From NCBI RefSeq assembly GCF_019636075.1, contig NZ_JAHBYG010000019.1:2494-66493 (forward strand): a stretch of DNA of 64,000 bases, written 5' to 3'. Of the stretch, positions 28,817 through 39,683 are shown piece after piece. The stretch is from Ferrovibrio sp. (GTDB taxonomy: Bacteria > Pseudomonadota > Alphaproteobacteria > Ferrovibrionales > Ferrovibrionaceae). How positions within the stretch are numbered: the first letter of the stretch is position 1; the number at the start of each line of letters is the position of its first letter. A model generated the notes under the pieces. It did no database searches, was not told the origin of the DNA, and saw nothing but the letters and a program-made list of their open reading frames with translations. The position numbers and the translations under genes were made by a program.

Positions 28817-29353
28817 GATCTGCCTCCATCTTTCATGCCAGGCACGCAGCCGGCTGTTATTGATCCGCCAGGGCTGCCTTCCACCGGCTTGCAACCGGGA
28901 AGACAGATTTTGTTCCTGATATGTACTTTTATAATTGGATCGAATTCCTTCGTCAAGGGAAAACTCTCTTAGATAGCAAAAAAGTTTCCATGGTGTTCTA
29001 ATTGTATAATCCTGTAATCCTATAAGACGCTTCACCACCTCCACGCAGGTGAAAGCCACGGGCGGCGCCGGGCGTTCCGGCGGCATGCGCGCCTCCACTG
29101 TCAGCGCCATCCATCCGGCGCGGCGAAACGCAGCGGCCAGATCGGCTTGGCTGGGAAAATCGACCAGGTCGAGAACCAGCCGTTGCGACAACGGGTCCAG
29201 CGCGATCCAGCCGGCCCGGCTCAAACCGTAAGCAAAACAATGGCGGAATCCCGGCTTCAACAGACGTAAGTATTTGATCCTATTTTGTTCTGAAAACACC
29301 ACCACAACCCGCCCAATGCCCTGGTTTGCATAAGGCAGATCGGCCCATTTCAT
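28604..29353 (-). CDS. Putative permuted papain-like (His...Cys) protein reading in frame into the pre-portal protein
   Basis: VVVFS..LKPGFRHCF, W...DP, FTCVEVVKRLIG, TPWKLF; no stop before the 28816 start. Confidence 0.6.
   Translation of the reverse strand: MKWADLPYANQGIGRVVVVFSEQNRIKYLRLLKPGFRHCFAYGLSRAGWIALDPLSQRLVLDLVDFPSQADLAAAFRRAGWMALTVEARMPPERPAPPVAFTCVEVVKRLIGLQDYTIRTPWKLFCYLREFSLDEGIRSNYKSTYQEQNLSSRLQAGGRQPWRINNSRLRAWHERWRQIMGGIFSSPSPPAPIPAAPVVQPEDPNEEAQRIARERRRRAQGETIATSYRGVSGGNDGGSAEARKTLLGE
28912..28926. promoter_or_regulatory. Alphaproteobacterial LexA (SOS) box
   Basis: (T)GTTC-CTGATAT-GTAC, one mismatch to GTTC-N7-GTTC, 1 nt from the -10 hexamer. Confidence 0.65.
28928..28956 (-). 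promoter_or_regulatory. Near-consensus sigma70 promoter of the structural operon
   Basis: TTGACG-N17-TATAAA in an AT-rich patch, about 110 nt upstream of the first RBS. Confidence 0.75.
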
Positions 29354-29578
29354 CTTAATGGGATATTTAGATGGTATTGAATCACCTAATAAGGGTATCA
29401 TTTGACATGGATGTGGCATTTTCGGTGCAGTGGGGAGGTTTGCGTTTAACGGGGAATTGCGATCAGTCTGCTACTTTTTTTATATGTTGTAATATTAACC
29501 TGTATTGTTCTCATGTCAAACACTATTTTGGTGCATATTCCTGTAGCCAAAACGGCTACTCTGTGGGACGATGTTCCC

Positions 29579-30343
29579 ATGTTAACCCATAAAGCGATTT
29601 GGACCGCGATCGATGCCCTGGCCGAAAAGCATGGTCTGACTGCCTCCGGCCTGGCCCGCAAGGCGGGCCTCGATCCCACCACCTTCAACCGCAGCAAACG
29701 CGCGGCGCGGGATGGCAAACAGCGCTGGCCATCCACCGAGAGCATTGCCAAGGTGGTGGAAGCCACCGGCACCACCATGGCCGAATTCCTGGAAGTGCTG
29801 CTGGATAGCAGCGCCGGCGGCCGTGGCTCCGCCTTCCGCATCCCCACCGTGGATTTCCTCTCGCTCAATGGGCCGGAACAGCAACCCGGCCAGCCGGCAT
29901 TGCCGGGCGACCCGGAGCGGCTGCGGGCATTGTTCGATCCCGCCGGCCTGCCGATCCGCCAGATCGATCCAGCCAAACTTGATGCGGCCAAACTTGATAC
30001 AGCCAAGCTTGAAACAGCACGCAGTGCGGAATCCATCGCCTGGGATCTGCGGCCGTTTCCCGGGCTGCATGACGACCGGAGCTATGCCCTGGAGCTGAAT
30101 ACCCATGCCTTCGAGCCGCTCTATCGCCTGAACGCGGTGCTGATATTGTCGCCGCGCGCCGAAATCCGGCGCGGCGACCGCCTGCTGGCCGCCACCGTGG
30201 CCGGCGAATTCCTGCTCTGCGCCCTGGTGCGCAAAACCCTTACCCGGGTTGAAGTGTCGGATCTGAACAAGCCCGACCAGGAGCGCAGCTTCGATACATC
30301 GGAAATCGCCTGGCTGCACCGCATCGTCTGGGCCACGCAATAA
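29579..30343 (+). CDS. cI-like HTH repressor with degenerate S24 domain (COG2932 type)
   Basis: IWTAIDALAEKHGLTASGLARKAGLDPTTFNRSKR..RWPSTESIAKV; C-terminal YALE..EPLYR..IRRGDR..RIVWATQ. Confidence 0.9.
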   Translation: MLTHKAIWTAIDALAEKHGLTASGLARKAGLDPTTFNRSKRAARDGKQRWPSTESIAKVVEATGTTMAEFLEVLLDSSAGGRGSAFRIPTVDFLSLNGPEQQPGQPALPGDPERLRALFDPAGLPIRQIDPAKLDAAKLDTAKLETARSAESIAWDLRPFPGLHDDRSYALELNTHAFEPLYRLNAVLILSPRAEIRRGDRLLAATVAGEFLLCALVRKTLTRVEVSDLNKPDQERSFDTSEIAWLHRIVWATQ

Positions 30344-30348
30344 CCGCC

Positions 30349-33210
30349 ATGGCAGACCGCCCCATGCTCGATAGCGCATTGGCGCGTCTGCCCGTGTTGG
30401 TGAATGACGGCGTCGCCGCCATCTGGTGCGATCCAGGCCCGGATGGCGCGCTGGTGCCCGAACGGCTGGAGGCGGAAGCCGCCGGCCGCCGCGCCCGGGC
30501 CACGCCGCCGATGCTGGTGCATGGCCGTGCCACCGCCGCGCGGCTGGGGCTGAATCCGTTTCCGGCCTTCGACCTGCTGGACCTGTTCGCCTTCTGCCGG
30601 CCGGCGCGCTTCTGCCTGCCCACCGCGCGCGGCCTGCTGGAAGCATTGCAGATGCCGCTGCCGCAGGATGCGCTCGCGCTTGCCGCCAGCCTGCCGCGCG
30701 CAGCGCGCCGGCTGCTCGACGACCTCGGCCGCCTGGATGGCCGCGAGAAACGCCGCGCCTTGCGCATTGCCGGCGTGATGCAGAATGCCGGCTGGCCCTG
30801 GGCGCTGTATTGCATCGAGGCCATGGCGTCACGGGATGGCGGCGAGGCGATGCCGGCGCGCATCGGCCTGGATGTGTGGAACGAATTGCCGGAATGGGCG
30901 GATTTCGCGCCGCCGCCGCCGCCCGACACGCAATCGGTCAGCCCCGCCGAGGCGCGCGAACGTTTGCAGCGCCTGCTTGGGCCGCAAGCCGAAGACCGCG
31001 ATGCCCAGGCCGATTATGCCGCCATCACCGCCCAGGCCTTTGCACCGCGCGCCGAAATCGGCATGCCCGAACTGGTGTTGAGCGAAGCCGGCACCGGCAT
31101 CGGCAAGACCCTGGGCTATATCGCGCCGGCCAGCGTATGGGCGGAAAAGAATGGCGGCAGCGTGTGGCTGTCTACCTATACCAAGAATCTGCAGCGGCAA
31201 TTGGATCGCGAACTCGACAGGCTGTATCCCAATCCAACCGACAAGGCCACCAAGGTGGTGGTGCGCAAGGGCCGCGAAAATTACATCTGCCTGCTCAATC
31301 TGGAAGATGCCGCAGGCTATGCCGCCAGCAACGCCGCCGCGCGGCCGGCCGACAGCATCGCGCTGGGCCTGGTGGCGCGCTGGGTGCAGGCAACGCGCGA
31401 CGGCGATATTGCCGGCGGCGATTTCCCGGCCTGGATCGCCGATCTGCATGGCCGTGGCCGCACGCTGGGCCTCACCGATCAGCGCGGCGAATGCATCCAT
31501 GCCGCCTGCCCGCATTATCGCAAATGCTTCATCGAGCGCGGCCTGCGCCGGGCGCGGCGCGCCGAGATGGTGATCGCCAACCATGCCCTGGTGATGATCA
31601 ATGCCGCGCAAGGTGCGCAGGACGACGACGACGGCAACCGTCCGCTGCGCTATGTGTTCGACGAAGGCCATCACCTGTTCGATGCCGCCGATGGCGCTTT
31701 CGCCGCCCATCTCACCGGCCGCGAGGGCATGGAATTGCGGCGCTGGCTGCGTGGCCCGGAAGGCCCGCGCCGTAGTCGCGCCCGGGGCCTGGCCGCCCGC
31801 ATCGGCGATCTGGTGATGCATGACGAAGCCGGGCGCCGCGCGCTGGATGCGTTGGTGGAAGCCGGCCGCGCGCTGCCCGGCGAAGGCTGGCTGACCCGGC
31901 TGGCGGAAGGCAATGCATCCAGGGAAGAGAAAGCCTGCGAAGGCGAAGCCTTTCTGGCGCAGGCGCGGCTGATGATCCTGGCCCGCAGCCCGCAACCCGA
32001 CAGCCCCTATGGCCTGGAATGTCCGACGCGCGAAGCACCCACCGCGCTGCTGGATGCGGCGCTGGCCTTCGCCAATGCGATCAGCCGCATGCTGTCGCCC
32101 GCGGCCCAGCTTGCCAAGGCGCTGGCCGCCAAGCTGGACGACGATACCGCCGAACTGGATTCCGCCCAGCGCGGCCGGCTGGAAGGCGCGCTGCGCGGCC
32201 TGGCGCGCCGCAAACAAACGTTGGAAGCCTGGCGCAGCATGCTGCTGGCCTTGCAGACCGAAACGCCTGCTGATTTCGTCGATTGGTTCGCGCTGGAACG
32301 CGAGGCCGGCCATGATGCCGATCTCGGCCTGTATCGCCATTATCTCGATCCCATGTTGCCGTTTGCCGATGCGGTGATGAAGCCGGCCCATGGTCTGGCG
32401 ATCACGTCTGCCACCTTACGCGATCTCGATGCGAAGCAGAGCGAAGCCGCGCCCGAGCAAAGCTGGCACAGCGCCGAGATCCGCTCCGGTGCGCGCCATC
32501 TGCCGCTGCCGGCGCGGCGCGCGAGTTTTCCCTCGCCGTTCGATTATGCCGGTCGCACGCGCATCTTCGTGGTCACCGATGTGCGGCGCGACGACATGAA
32601 CCAGGTCGCTGCCGCCTATCGTGAATTATTCATGGCTGCCGGTGGCGGCGGATTGGGATTGTTCACCGCGATCTTCCGGTTGCGCGCGGTACAGAAACGC
32701 ATCGTCAAGCCGCTGGCCGACCAGGGCATCGCGCTTTATGCCCAACATGTCGATCCGCTGGATAACGCCACCCTGGTGGATATCTTCCGCGCCGAGGAGC
32801 ATTCCTGCCTGCTGGGCACCGATGCCATGCGCGATGGCGTGGATGTGCCGGGCAGCGCGCTGCGGCTGGCGGTGTTCGACCGCGTGCCCTGGCCGCGCCC
32901 GGATCTGTTGCACAAGGCGCGCCGCAACGCCTTCGGTGGCCAGGCTTACGACGATCTGCTCACCCGCCTGAAGCTGAAGCAGGCTTTCGGCCGGCTGCTG
33001 CGCCGCGCCGATGATTACGGCGTGTTCGTGGTGCTGGATGCGCAATTGCCTTCGCGCCTGCTCTCGGCCTTTCCGGCGCAAGTGGATGTGCGCCGCATCG
33101 GCATCAAGGAAGCCGTGAGCGAAACCCGCGCGTTTCTGCAGGGCATGCGGGGAGCGAATGTCAGCGGTAAACTTCGCGGCGATGGGCAACCCGCAGAATC
33201 AATATCGTGA
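30349..33210 (+). CDS. DinG/XPD-family Fe-S ATP-dependent DNA helicase
   Basis: EAGTGIGKT, KGRENYICL, CIHAACPHYRKCF, ANHAL, FDEGHHL, ITSATL, DGVDVPG, KQAFGRLLR. Confidence 0.93.
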   Translation: MADRPMLDSALARLPVLVNDGVAAIWCDPGPDGALVPERLEAEAAGRRARATPPMLVHGRATAARLGLNPFPAFDLLDLFAFCRPARFCLPTARGLLEALQMPLPQDALALAASLPRAARRLLDDLGRLDGREKRRALRIAGVMQNAGWPWALYCIEAMASRDGGEAMPARIGLDVWNELPEWADFAPPPPPDTQSVSPAEARERLQRLLGPQAEDRDAQADYAAITAQAFAPRAEIGMPELVLSEAGTGIGKTLGYIAPASVWAEKNGGSVWLSTYTKNLQRQLDRELDRLYPNPTDKATKVVVRKGRENYICLLNLEDAAGYAASNAAARPADSIALGLVARWVQATRDGDIAGGDFPAWIADLHGRGRTLGLTDQRGECIHAACPHYRKCFIERGLRRARRAEMVIANHALVMINAAQGAQDDDDGNRPLRYVFDEGHHLFDAADGAFAAHLTGREGMELRRWLRGPEGPRRSRARGLAARIGDLVMHDEAGRRALDALVEAGRALPGEGWLTRLAEGNASREEKACEGEAFLAQARLMILARSPQPDSPYGLECPTREAPTALLDAALAFANAISRMLSPAAQLAKALAAKLDDDTAELDSAQRGRLEGALRGLARRKQTLEAWRSMLLALQTETPADFVDWFALEREAGHDADLGLYRHYLDPMLPFADAVMKPAHGLAITSATLRDLDAKQSEAAPEQSWHSAEIRSGARHLPLPARRASFPSPFDYAGRTRIFVVTDVRRDDMNQVAAAYRELFMAAGGGGLGLFTAIFRLRAVQKRIVKPLADQGIALYAQHVDPLDNATLVDIFRAEEHSCLLGTDAMRDGVDVPGSALRLAVFDRVPWPRPDLLHKARRNAFGGQAYDDLLTRLKLKQAFGRLLRRADDYGVFVVLDAQLPSRLLSAFPAQVDVRRIGIKEAVSETRAFLQGMRGANVSGKLRGDGQPAESIS

Positions 33211-33439
33211 TGCGCTCATCTTCGATTTTACATACCGCGCGATAATCGCCGATACGATAGCGCCACAAACCTTGCAGCGGCCCGGCCAGAGCCTTGCCGT
33301 ATTGCCTGGGATTATCGGCTGATGCGATGCGGCTCTCGAAATAATCCACAATGGCTCGAGCAGCAGGGCGGCCCAATTTGCGGGCTTCTTTCAGCGCCCG
33401 CTCGTCCCATTCGATGTGCCAAGCCACGCGATCTGTCAA
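33161..33439 (-). CDS. RelE/ParE-family toxin
   Basis: NPRQYGKALAGPLQGLWRYRIGDYRAVC..ILRVAHRREVY; TTG start. Confidence 0.9.
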   Translation of the reverse strand: MTDRVAWHIEWDERALKEARKLGRPAARAIVDYFESRIASADNPRQYGKALAGPLQGLWRYRIGDYRAVCKIEDERITILILRVAHRREVYR

Positions 33440-33443
33440 ACTG

Positions 33444-33494
33444 TTCCGTTACTCAGGTCATTCCGTTGCTCAGGTCATTCCGTTACTCAGGCCC
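33444..33494. repeat. 17-bp tandem repeat x3 between antitoxin and toxin
   Basis: TTCCGTTACTCAGGTCA / TTCCGTTGCTCAGGTCA / TTCCGTTACTCAGGCCC. Confidence 0.9.
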
Positions 33495-33495
33495 A

Positions 33496-33714
33496 TCAGC
33501 CGTCCAGGCCCAAGGCTTTCTTTGCTTCCGCCATTGAAACACGCCGCGCCGGATGCTTCAGCCGGCGTGCCGCTGAATCGGCATCCTCCAGATCTTCCAG
33601 ATAGCGCTGCACGGCTTCACGCACGATACGGCTCTTCGGCTGACCGGTGCGACGCTTCTGCGCTTCCAGACGGCGCTGCATATCGGAAGGCAATCTTACG
33701 GCATACATGTTCAT
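33496..33714 (-). CDS. RHH antitoxin (RelB-like)
   Basis: YAVRLPSDMQRRLE..TGQPKSRIVREAV..LEDLED..VSMAEAKKALGLDG. Confidence 0.88.
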   Translation of the reverse strand: MNMYAVRLPSDMQRRLEAQKRRTGQPKSRIVREAVQRYLEDLEDADSAARRLKHPARRVSMAEAKKALGLDG

Positions 33715-33834
33715 GCTTCATATATAGCGCAGCCGCCATCCTCTCGCCACTCCATTTCATGCCGCCGCCCCTTGCCGCCACCCAGCCAGCCGCGCATACT
33801 TTCGGCAAAAGTGCCCTTTGCAGGAAATTGTAGC

Positions 33835-34287
33835 ATGTCCACCATTTCGCCCCAGACCGCCCTGATCTACGCCATGGTGATTGCCGCCGTGGCCGATGAG
33901 AAGCTGAAGGATTCCGAGATCGAAGCGATCTCGTTCGCGGTGCGCAGCCTGCCGGCCTTTCGCGGCTACACGCTGGATGCCATGCGCACCGCCACCGGCG
34001 ATTGCGTGGCCTTGCTGGATGATGAAGACGGCATCGAGGCCGCGCTTGGTTTGGTGAAGGAAGCCTTGCCGCCGGAACTCACCGAAACCGCCTATGCGCT
34101 GGCCTGCGATATCGTGGCGGTGGATGGCAATGCCGAGCAATCGGAATTGCGCTGGCTGGAAATGCTGCGCCATGAATTGAATGTGGAACGCCTGCATGCC
34201 GCCGCCATCGAACGCGGCGCCCGCGCCCGCTATCGCCGCTGGCCGAAAGATCTGCTGACAGGAATCAAGCCGGATAAATCAGCCTGA
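33835..34287 (+). CDS. TerB-family protein
   Basis: ALIYAMV..AVADEKLKDSE, ETAYALACDIVAVD..EQSELRWLEMLR. Confidence 0.85.
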   Translation: MSTISPQTALIYAMVIAAVADEKLKDSEIEAISFAVRSLPAFRGYTLDAMRTATGDCVALLDDEDGIEAALGLVKEALPPELTETAYALACDIVAVDGNAEQSELRWLEMLRHELNVERLHAAAIERGARARYRRWPKDLLTGIKPDKSA

Positions 34288-35203
34288 GCGGTTTTTCCGC
34301 CACCCAGGCAGACAAAGGCAGCCGCCCGGCGATATCGCCATCAGCCTGCACCGGGTCATCCGCCGGGCCTTCGATTTCCACCTGCCGGGCGCGCAGCAGC
34401 CGGATTTCCGGCAACCGCTGCAATTGGCCCAGCGGCAGCATGGCCATCGCCCGGGCAGCACCCCAGCGCCCCGGCTTGCCGAACAGACAGATCTGAAAAT
34501 CCGGCGCGTCCAGCCGGGCATCGGGGCAACAGACAAAGCGCCCGCCATAGAAATGCCCCTTGGCGATCACGGCGGAGGCGCAGGATACAGCCTCGCCGCC
34601 ATCCAGCCGCAGGCGGTATTCGTTTCCCTGCCAGCGCGCTAGCAACGCCAGGCTCTGCCAGACATAGGCCCCCTTGCCCAGCAGGCGTTTCAGCCGCAGC
34701 GGCAGATCGGCCACAACATGAGCATCGAAACCGACCCCGGCCATGATGGTGAAAAGCCGTTCTGGCTGGAGATTATTTCCCAAATAACCGGGATAAATTT
34801 CCCTTGCAGGCCCCTGCAAGACTGCTCGTAGAACCGCACTGGGCTGCAACGGCAGACCGATTTCGGCGGCCAGCACATTGGCGGTGCCGAGCGGAAAAAT
34901 CCCCAAAGGCGCGGCATTTTCGGCTGGCAGGCCATTGGCCACTTCGCCGATCGTGCCATCGCCGCCAGCCGCCACCACGGCATCGTAACGCTCGGAAAGT
35001 CCTTCCGCGGCAAAGGCTTGGGCATCGCCACGCTTGGCCGTGGGGCGGAATTCCACCGCGCAGCCGGCCTCTTCCAGCAGGTCGAGATAAGCCTCCAGCC
35101 GGGCCCGTTTGCCCCGGCCACCCATATGAAAGCCGCTCATATTGAGGCCGGCCGTGGGATTATAGATCACCAGCAGCCGGCGGCGCCTCGAAATCCAGTC
35201 CAT
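34265..35203 (-). CDS. Diacylglycerol/lipid kinase family protein
   Basis: IYNPTAG, AAGGDGTIGEV, PLGTANVLA, MAGVGFDA, QADGD. Confidence 0.92.
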   Translation of the reverse strand: MDWISRRRRLLVIYNPTAGLNMSGFHMGGRGKRARLEAYLDLLEEAGCAVEFRPTAKRGDAQAFAAEGLSERYDAVVAAGGDGTIGEVANGLPAENAAPLGIFPLGTANVLAAEIGLPLQPSAVLRAVLQGPAREIYPGYLGNNLQPERLFTIMAGVGFDAHVVADLPLRLKRLLGKGAYVWQSLALLARWQGNEYRLRLDGGEAVSCASAVIAKGHFYGGRFVCCPDARLDAPDFQICLFGKPGRWGAARAMAMLPLGQLQRLPEIRLLRARQVEIEGPADDPVQADGDIAGRLPLSAWVAEKPLRLIYPA

Positions 35204-35425
35204 GGCGGCGGGATTAGCAGATTTCCAGCCCCCATGTGAGCGAAACTTCTATGACAGGGAGCCGCTGCCTTATGAAACCATCAGGCATTAACCTTTCACA
35301 ACACCCCTCACCATGAAAGGTTATTCGGTTATCCTTTCATAACCTCTATCCTTATGAGAGGCATATGTGGGGCTGCTGAATCGCGGGACCGAGCCTTACG
35401 AGGCTTAACACCCCCGAATCCGGGG

Positions 35426-35453
35426 TTGACAGGCCCCCCGCCCCGACTATAGT
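35426..35453 (+). promoter_or_regulatory. sigma70 promoter of rplU-rpmA
   Basis: TTGACA-N16-TATAGT. Confidence 0.6.
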
Positions 35454-35530
35454 GCGCCTCCTCGGAATTCAGGTGGCCGCCTGCCCCGGTAATCTTGGGT
35501 CGGCGCCGCCTTTTCATATGGAATACAGCG

Positions 35531-35842
35531 ATGTTCGCAGTGATCAAGACCGGCGGTAAGCAATACAAAGTGGCAGCGGGCGACGTGCTCGAGGTCGAGC
35601 TGATCCCCGGCGAAGCCGGCTCGGTGGTGGAATTCGACAAGGTGCTGGCCGTAAGCGGCGACAAGGGCACCCAGATCGGCAAGCCCTATCTGACGGGCGC
35701 CAAGGTGAAGGCCGAAGTGGTGGGCCGCACCCGTGGCGAAAAGCTGATCGTGTTCAAGAAGCGCCGCCGGCAGAATTCGCGCCGCAAGAATGGCCATCGC
35801 CAGGATTACACGGCGATCAAGATCGTCGAGATCGCGGCCTGA
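35531..35842 (+). CDS. rplU: 50S ribosomal protein L21
   Basis: [30 protein letters not shown]. Confidence 0.98.
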   Translation: MFAVIKTGGKQYKVAAGDVLEVELIPGEAGSVVEFDKVLAVSGDKGTQIGKPYLTGAKVKAEVVGRTRGEKLIVFKKRRRQNSRRKNGHRQDYTAIKIVEIAA

Positions 35843-35871
35843 TCGCCGCGCATTAGGATTAGGAGAAGACT

Positions 35872-36132
35872 ATGGCTCACAAGAAAGCTGGCGGTTCCTC
35901 CCGCAACGGCCGCGACTCTGAAAGCAAGCGCCTCGGCGTGAAGAAGTATGGCAGCGAGCAGGTGCTGGCTGGCAACATCATCGTGCGCCAGCGCGGCACC
36001 CGCGTGCATCCCGGCAAGAATGTGGGTATCGGCCGCGACCATACCCTGTTTGCGCTGACCGACGGCGTGGTGAAGTTCCACGACGGCAAGCGCAGCCGCA
36101 ATTACGTTTCGGTGCTGCCGCCGGAGGCGTGA
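35872..36132 (+). CDS. rpmA: 50S ribosomal protein L27
   Basis: [26 protein letters not shown]. Confidence 0.99.
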   Translation: MAHKKAGGSSRNGRDSESKRLGVKKYGSEQVLAGNIIVRQRGTRVHPGKNVGIGRDHTLFALTDGVVKFHDGKRSRNYVSVLPPEA

Positions 36133-36168
36133 CCTCGGCGCGCCTTCCCGAACATCCAAGACGAATTC

Positions 36169-36199
36169 AGGGGAATGGCGCAGGCCATTCCCCTTTTTG
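36169..36199 (+). terminator. Intrinsic terminator after rpmA
   Basis: AGGGGAATGGC-GCAG-GCCATTCCCCT followed by a T tract. Confidence 0.85.
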
Positions 36200-36229
36200 T
36201 TTTCTGTTTGCCTGTCAGCCTCCGTGTGA

Positions 36230-38390
<2,161 letters not shown>

Positions 38391-38394
<4 letters not shown>

Positions 38395-39683
38395 ACGCAC
38401 CGTTGCAAATCACCGCACAGGCTTTGACGGACGAACAGGCCTTGATGAATGAAATGGGCGCCAAGGCGCGCCAGGCCGCGAGCCTGCTCGCCACGGCCTC
38501 CAGCCAGGCGAAGAATGCCGCATTGCTGATTGCCGCGCGTGAAATCCGCGGGCAGAAGGCGGCAATTCTCGCCGCCAATGCGCAGGATATGCAGGCCGCC
38601 AAGGATAAAGGCGTGACCGGCGCGCTGCTGGACCGCCTGCTGCTCAACGATGCGCGCATCGAAGCCATTGCCAAAGGGTTGGAAGAGGTGGCCGGCCTGC
38701 CCGATCCGGTGGGCGAGACCATGGCGGAATGGACGCGGCCCAATGGCCTGCGCATCCGCCGTGTGCGCACGCCCTTGGGCAGCATCGGCGTGATCTATGA
38801 AAGCCGCCCGAACGTAACCGCCGATGCCGGCGCACTGTGTTTGAAGGCCGGCAATGCCTGCATATTGCGCGGCGGTTCGGAAAGCCTGCAATCAAGCCGC
38901 GCCATCCATGCCTGCCTGGTGGATGGTTTGCGCGAAGCCGGCCTGCCGGACACCGCGATCCAGCTTGTGCCCACGGCCGACCGCGCCGTGGTGGGCGCCA
39001 TGCTGGCTGCGGCGCAATGGCTGGATGTGATCGTACCGCGCGGCGGCAAGAGCCTGGTGGCGCGTGTGCAGGCGGAAAGCCGCGTGCCGGTTTTTGCGCA
39101 TCTGGAAGGCAACAACCACGTTTATGTGGAAGCCTCTTCCGATCCTGCCATGGCGGAAGCCATTGTGCTGAATGCCAAGCTGCGCCGCACCGGCGTATGC
39201 GGTGCGGCCGAAACCCTGCTGGTGGAGCGCGCGGCAATCAACAGCCATCTGCCGCGCCTGCTGCGCGCCCTGCATGAGGCCGGCTGCGAGATTCGCGGCG
39301 ATGCCGATGTGCAGAAACTGCTACCCGAAGCAAAACCCGCCAGCGAGGCCGATTGGCAGACCGAATATCTCGATGCCATCATCGCCGTGCGCGTGGTGGA
39401 TGGGCTGGAAGCCGCCATCCAGCATATCGCCATGTATGGTTCGCATCACACCGATTGCATCGTCACCAATGACGAGGCCCATGCCGCCGCATTCATGCGC
39501 CGCCTGGACAGCGCCATCCTGTTGCATAACGCCTCCACGCAATTCGCCGATGGCGGCGAATTCGGCATGGGCGCCGAGATCGGCATCGCCACCGGCAAGA
39601 TGCATGCCCGCGGCCCGGTTGGGGTGGAACAGCTCACCACCTTCAAATACCTGGTCTTCGGCAACGGCCAGACACGCCCTTGA
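38391..39683 (+). CDS. proA: Gamma-glutamyl phosphate reductase
   Basis: [43 protein letters not shown]. Confidence 0.97.

Larger units (their letters stand above)
15688..29353 (-). mobile_element. Phage-derived T7/BPP-1-like virion-morphogenesis and lysis cluster without replication or integration genes; candidate gene transfer agent or domesticated phage
   Basis: Contiguous co-oriented portal, scaffold, capsid, tail tubular A/B, fibre, terminase, hydrolase and holin genes; many coupled start/stop overlaps; no frameshifts visible. Confidence 0.85.

Noticed and set aside
29355-29369. CtrA control of the phage cluster (TTAA-N7-TTTA)
   Set aside because: One mismatch in an AT-rich region; too weak to call
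15688-30343. Inducible complete prophage
   Set aside because: No integrase, replication genes, tRNA or att repeats seen, and composition is host-like. A decayed prophage remains the main alternative but fits poorly with the lack of visible pseudogenes.
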